Below are positions 4,900-5,081 of a DNA stretch of 5,081 bases, piece by piece. This DNA comes from a virus. How positions within the stretch are numbered: the stretch's first letter is position 1; every line of letters begins with the position of its first letter. The notes under the pieces are model-generated. The model saw only the letters and a list, made by a program, of their open reading frames with translations. It was not told where the DNA came from and did no database searches. The stretch is taken from positions 1 to 5,081 of the IMG/VR virus record IMGVR_UViG_3300029749_000221; one strand, written 5' to 3'. A program made the translations under genes and the position numbers.

Positions 4900-4919
4900 G
4901 GGAGCGGTTCGCCGCTCTC
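4900..4919 (+). other. Stable hairpin with a TTCG tetraloop immediately 5' of the tRNA
   Basis: GGGAGCGG (4900-4907) pairs with CCGCTCTC (4912-4919): 8 bp including one G-T wobble, with loop TTCG (4908-4911). No T-run follows, so it is not a classical terminator. It ends 4 nt before tRNA position 1. Confidence 0.6.
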
Positions 4920-4923
4920 ACAT

Positions 4924-4997
4924 GGCGGGGTGGTGCAATGGTAGCATGTCACGCTCTGAATGTGAAACTTCTGGTTCGAATCCAGACCCCGCAACCA
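4924..4997 (+). tRNA. tRNA-Gln (anticodon CUG), 74 nt, with genomically encoded CCA
   Basis: Hand-folded cloverleaf:
- Acceptor stem 4924-4930 / 4987-4993: six G-C/C-G pairs, with G1 opposite A72 unpaired.
- T8.
- D stem GTGC / GCAT, D loop AATGGTA (A14, G18, G19, A21).
- Anticodon stem TCACG / TGTGA; loop CTCTGAA (T33, CTG at 4956-4958, A37).
- 4-nt variable loop.
- T stem TCTGG / CCAGA, loop TTCGAAT.
- A73, then CCA at 4995-4997. Confidence 0.85.
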
Positions 4998-5081
4998 AAA
5001 CGGTTTTGACCTCCGTTATTCGATGTCGCGAAAGGTGGTGACGAAGTGAAAAAGAAACTGCGTTGTTTTGTTAATCGCTTC
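4997..5081. repeat. Terminal direct repeat, copy 2 (includes the re-started 5' end of the 50..1228 CDS at 5046..5081)
   Basis: Identical to 1-85 except T5004 versus A8. It begins at the last A of the tRNA CCA end. Confidence 0.9.

Noticed and set aside
4870-4900. A possible XerCD/dif-like attP site, which would explain integration without an integrase.
   Set aside because: I compared it by eye with the E. coli and B. subtilis dif sequences as I recall them. Only short pieces (TTCCTA, AAACT) match, in the wrong order, and the TTATG arm is missing. There is no convincing dif site here or elsewhere in the window.
4925-4994. An alternative tRNA register with acceptor stem GCGGGGT / ACCCCGC (all 7 pairs Watson-Crick).
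   Set aside because: That register shortens the T stem to 4 bp. It also displaces U8, A14 and G18 G19 from their canonical positions and leaves no CCA after the discriminator. The register beginning at 4924 preserves every conserved position at the cost of a single G1-A72 mismatch.
1-5081. Alternative identities: a Microviridae genome, a pT181-type plasmid, or a CRISPR or mobile-element-bearing region.
   Set aside because: There is no large (about 500 aa) jelly-roll capsid ORF, which argues against a microvirus. The Zot-like ATPase, gene-V-like SSB, pIII-like protein and coat-like micro-ORFs argue against a plain plasmid. I saw no spaced direct repeats, transposase or integrase.

Overview
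The window reads as one complete, circularly closed genome of about 4,996 nt from a small filamentous ssDNA phage (inovirus-like). Its first 85 nt repeat at its last 85 nt (84/85 identical). All supportable genes lie on the + strand, which is visibly T-rich with NNT-biased codons, as expected for the packaged strand of an ssDNA phage. In circular order the genome contains:
- a sigma70-type promoter;
- a rolling-circle Rep whose RIYNK and RYEIELK motifs I recall from the pT181 RepC/RepD (Rep_trans) family;
- an 80-aa gene-V-like ssDNA-binding protein;
- a full-length tRNA-Gln(CUG);
- a 392-aa secreted, C-terminally anchored pIII-like adsorption protein;
- a run of translationally coupled tiny hydrophobic ORFs (43, 55, 37 and 42 aa; none is in the supplied ORF track) interleaved with a 204-aa acidic tail-anchored protein;
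- a 19-bp perfect-stem terminator;
- a short Zot/pI-like P-loop assembly ATPase;
- a GC-rich, hairpin-dense intergenic region that probably holds the origins and packaging signal.

I saw no integrase, secretin, regulator or CRISPR. Extended Shine-Dalgarno sites, GTG starts, a long signal peptide, the lack of a secretin and the pT181-like Rep suggest a Gram-positive (Firmicutes-like) host; this is inference only.

The most unusual element is the intact tRNA with encoded CCA inside a 5-kb ssDNA phage. The terminal repeat begins at the last base of that tRNA. All family assignments rest on motifs read by eye and recalled from memory; no database search was possible.
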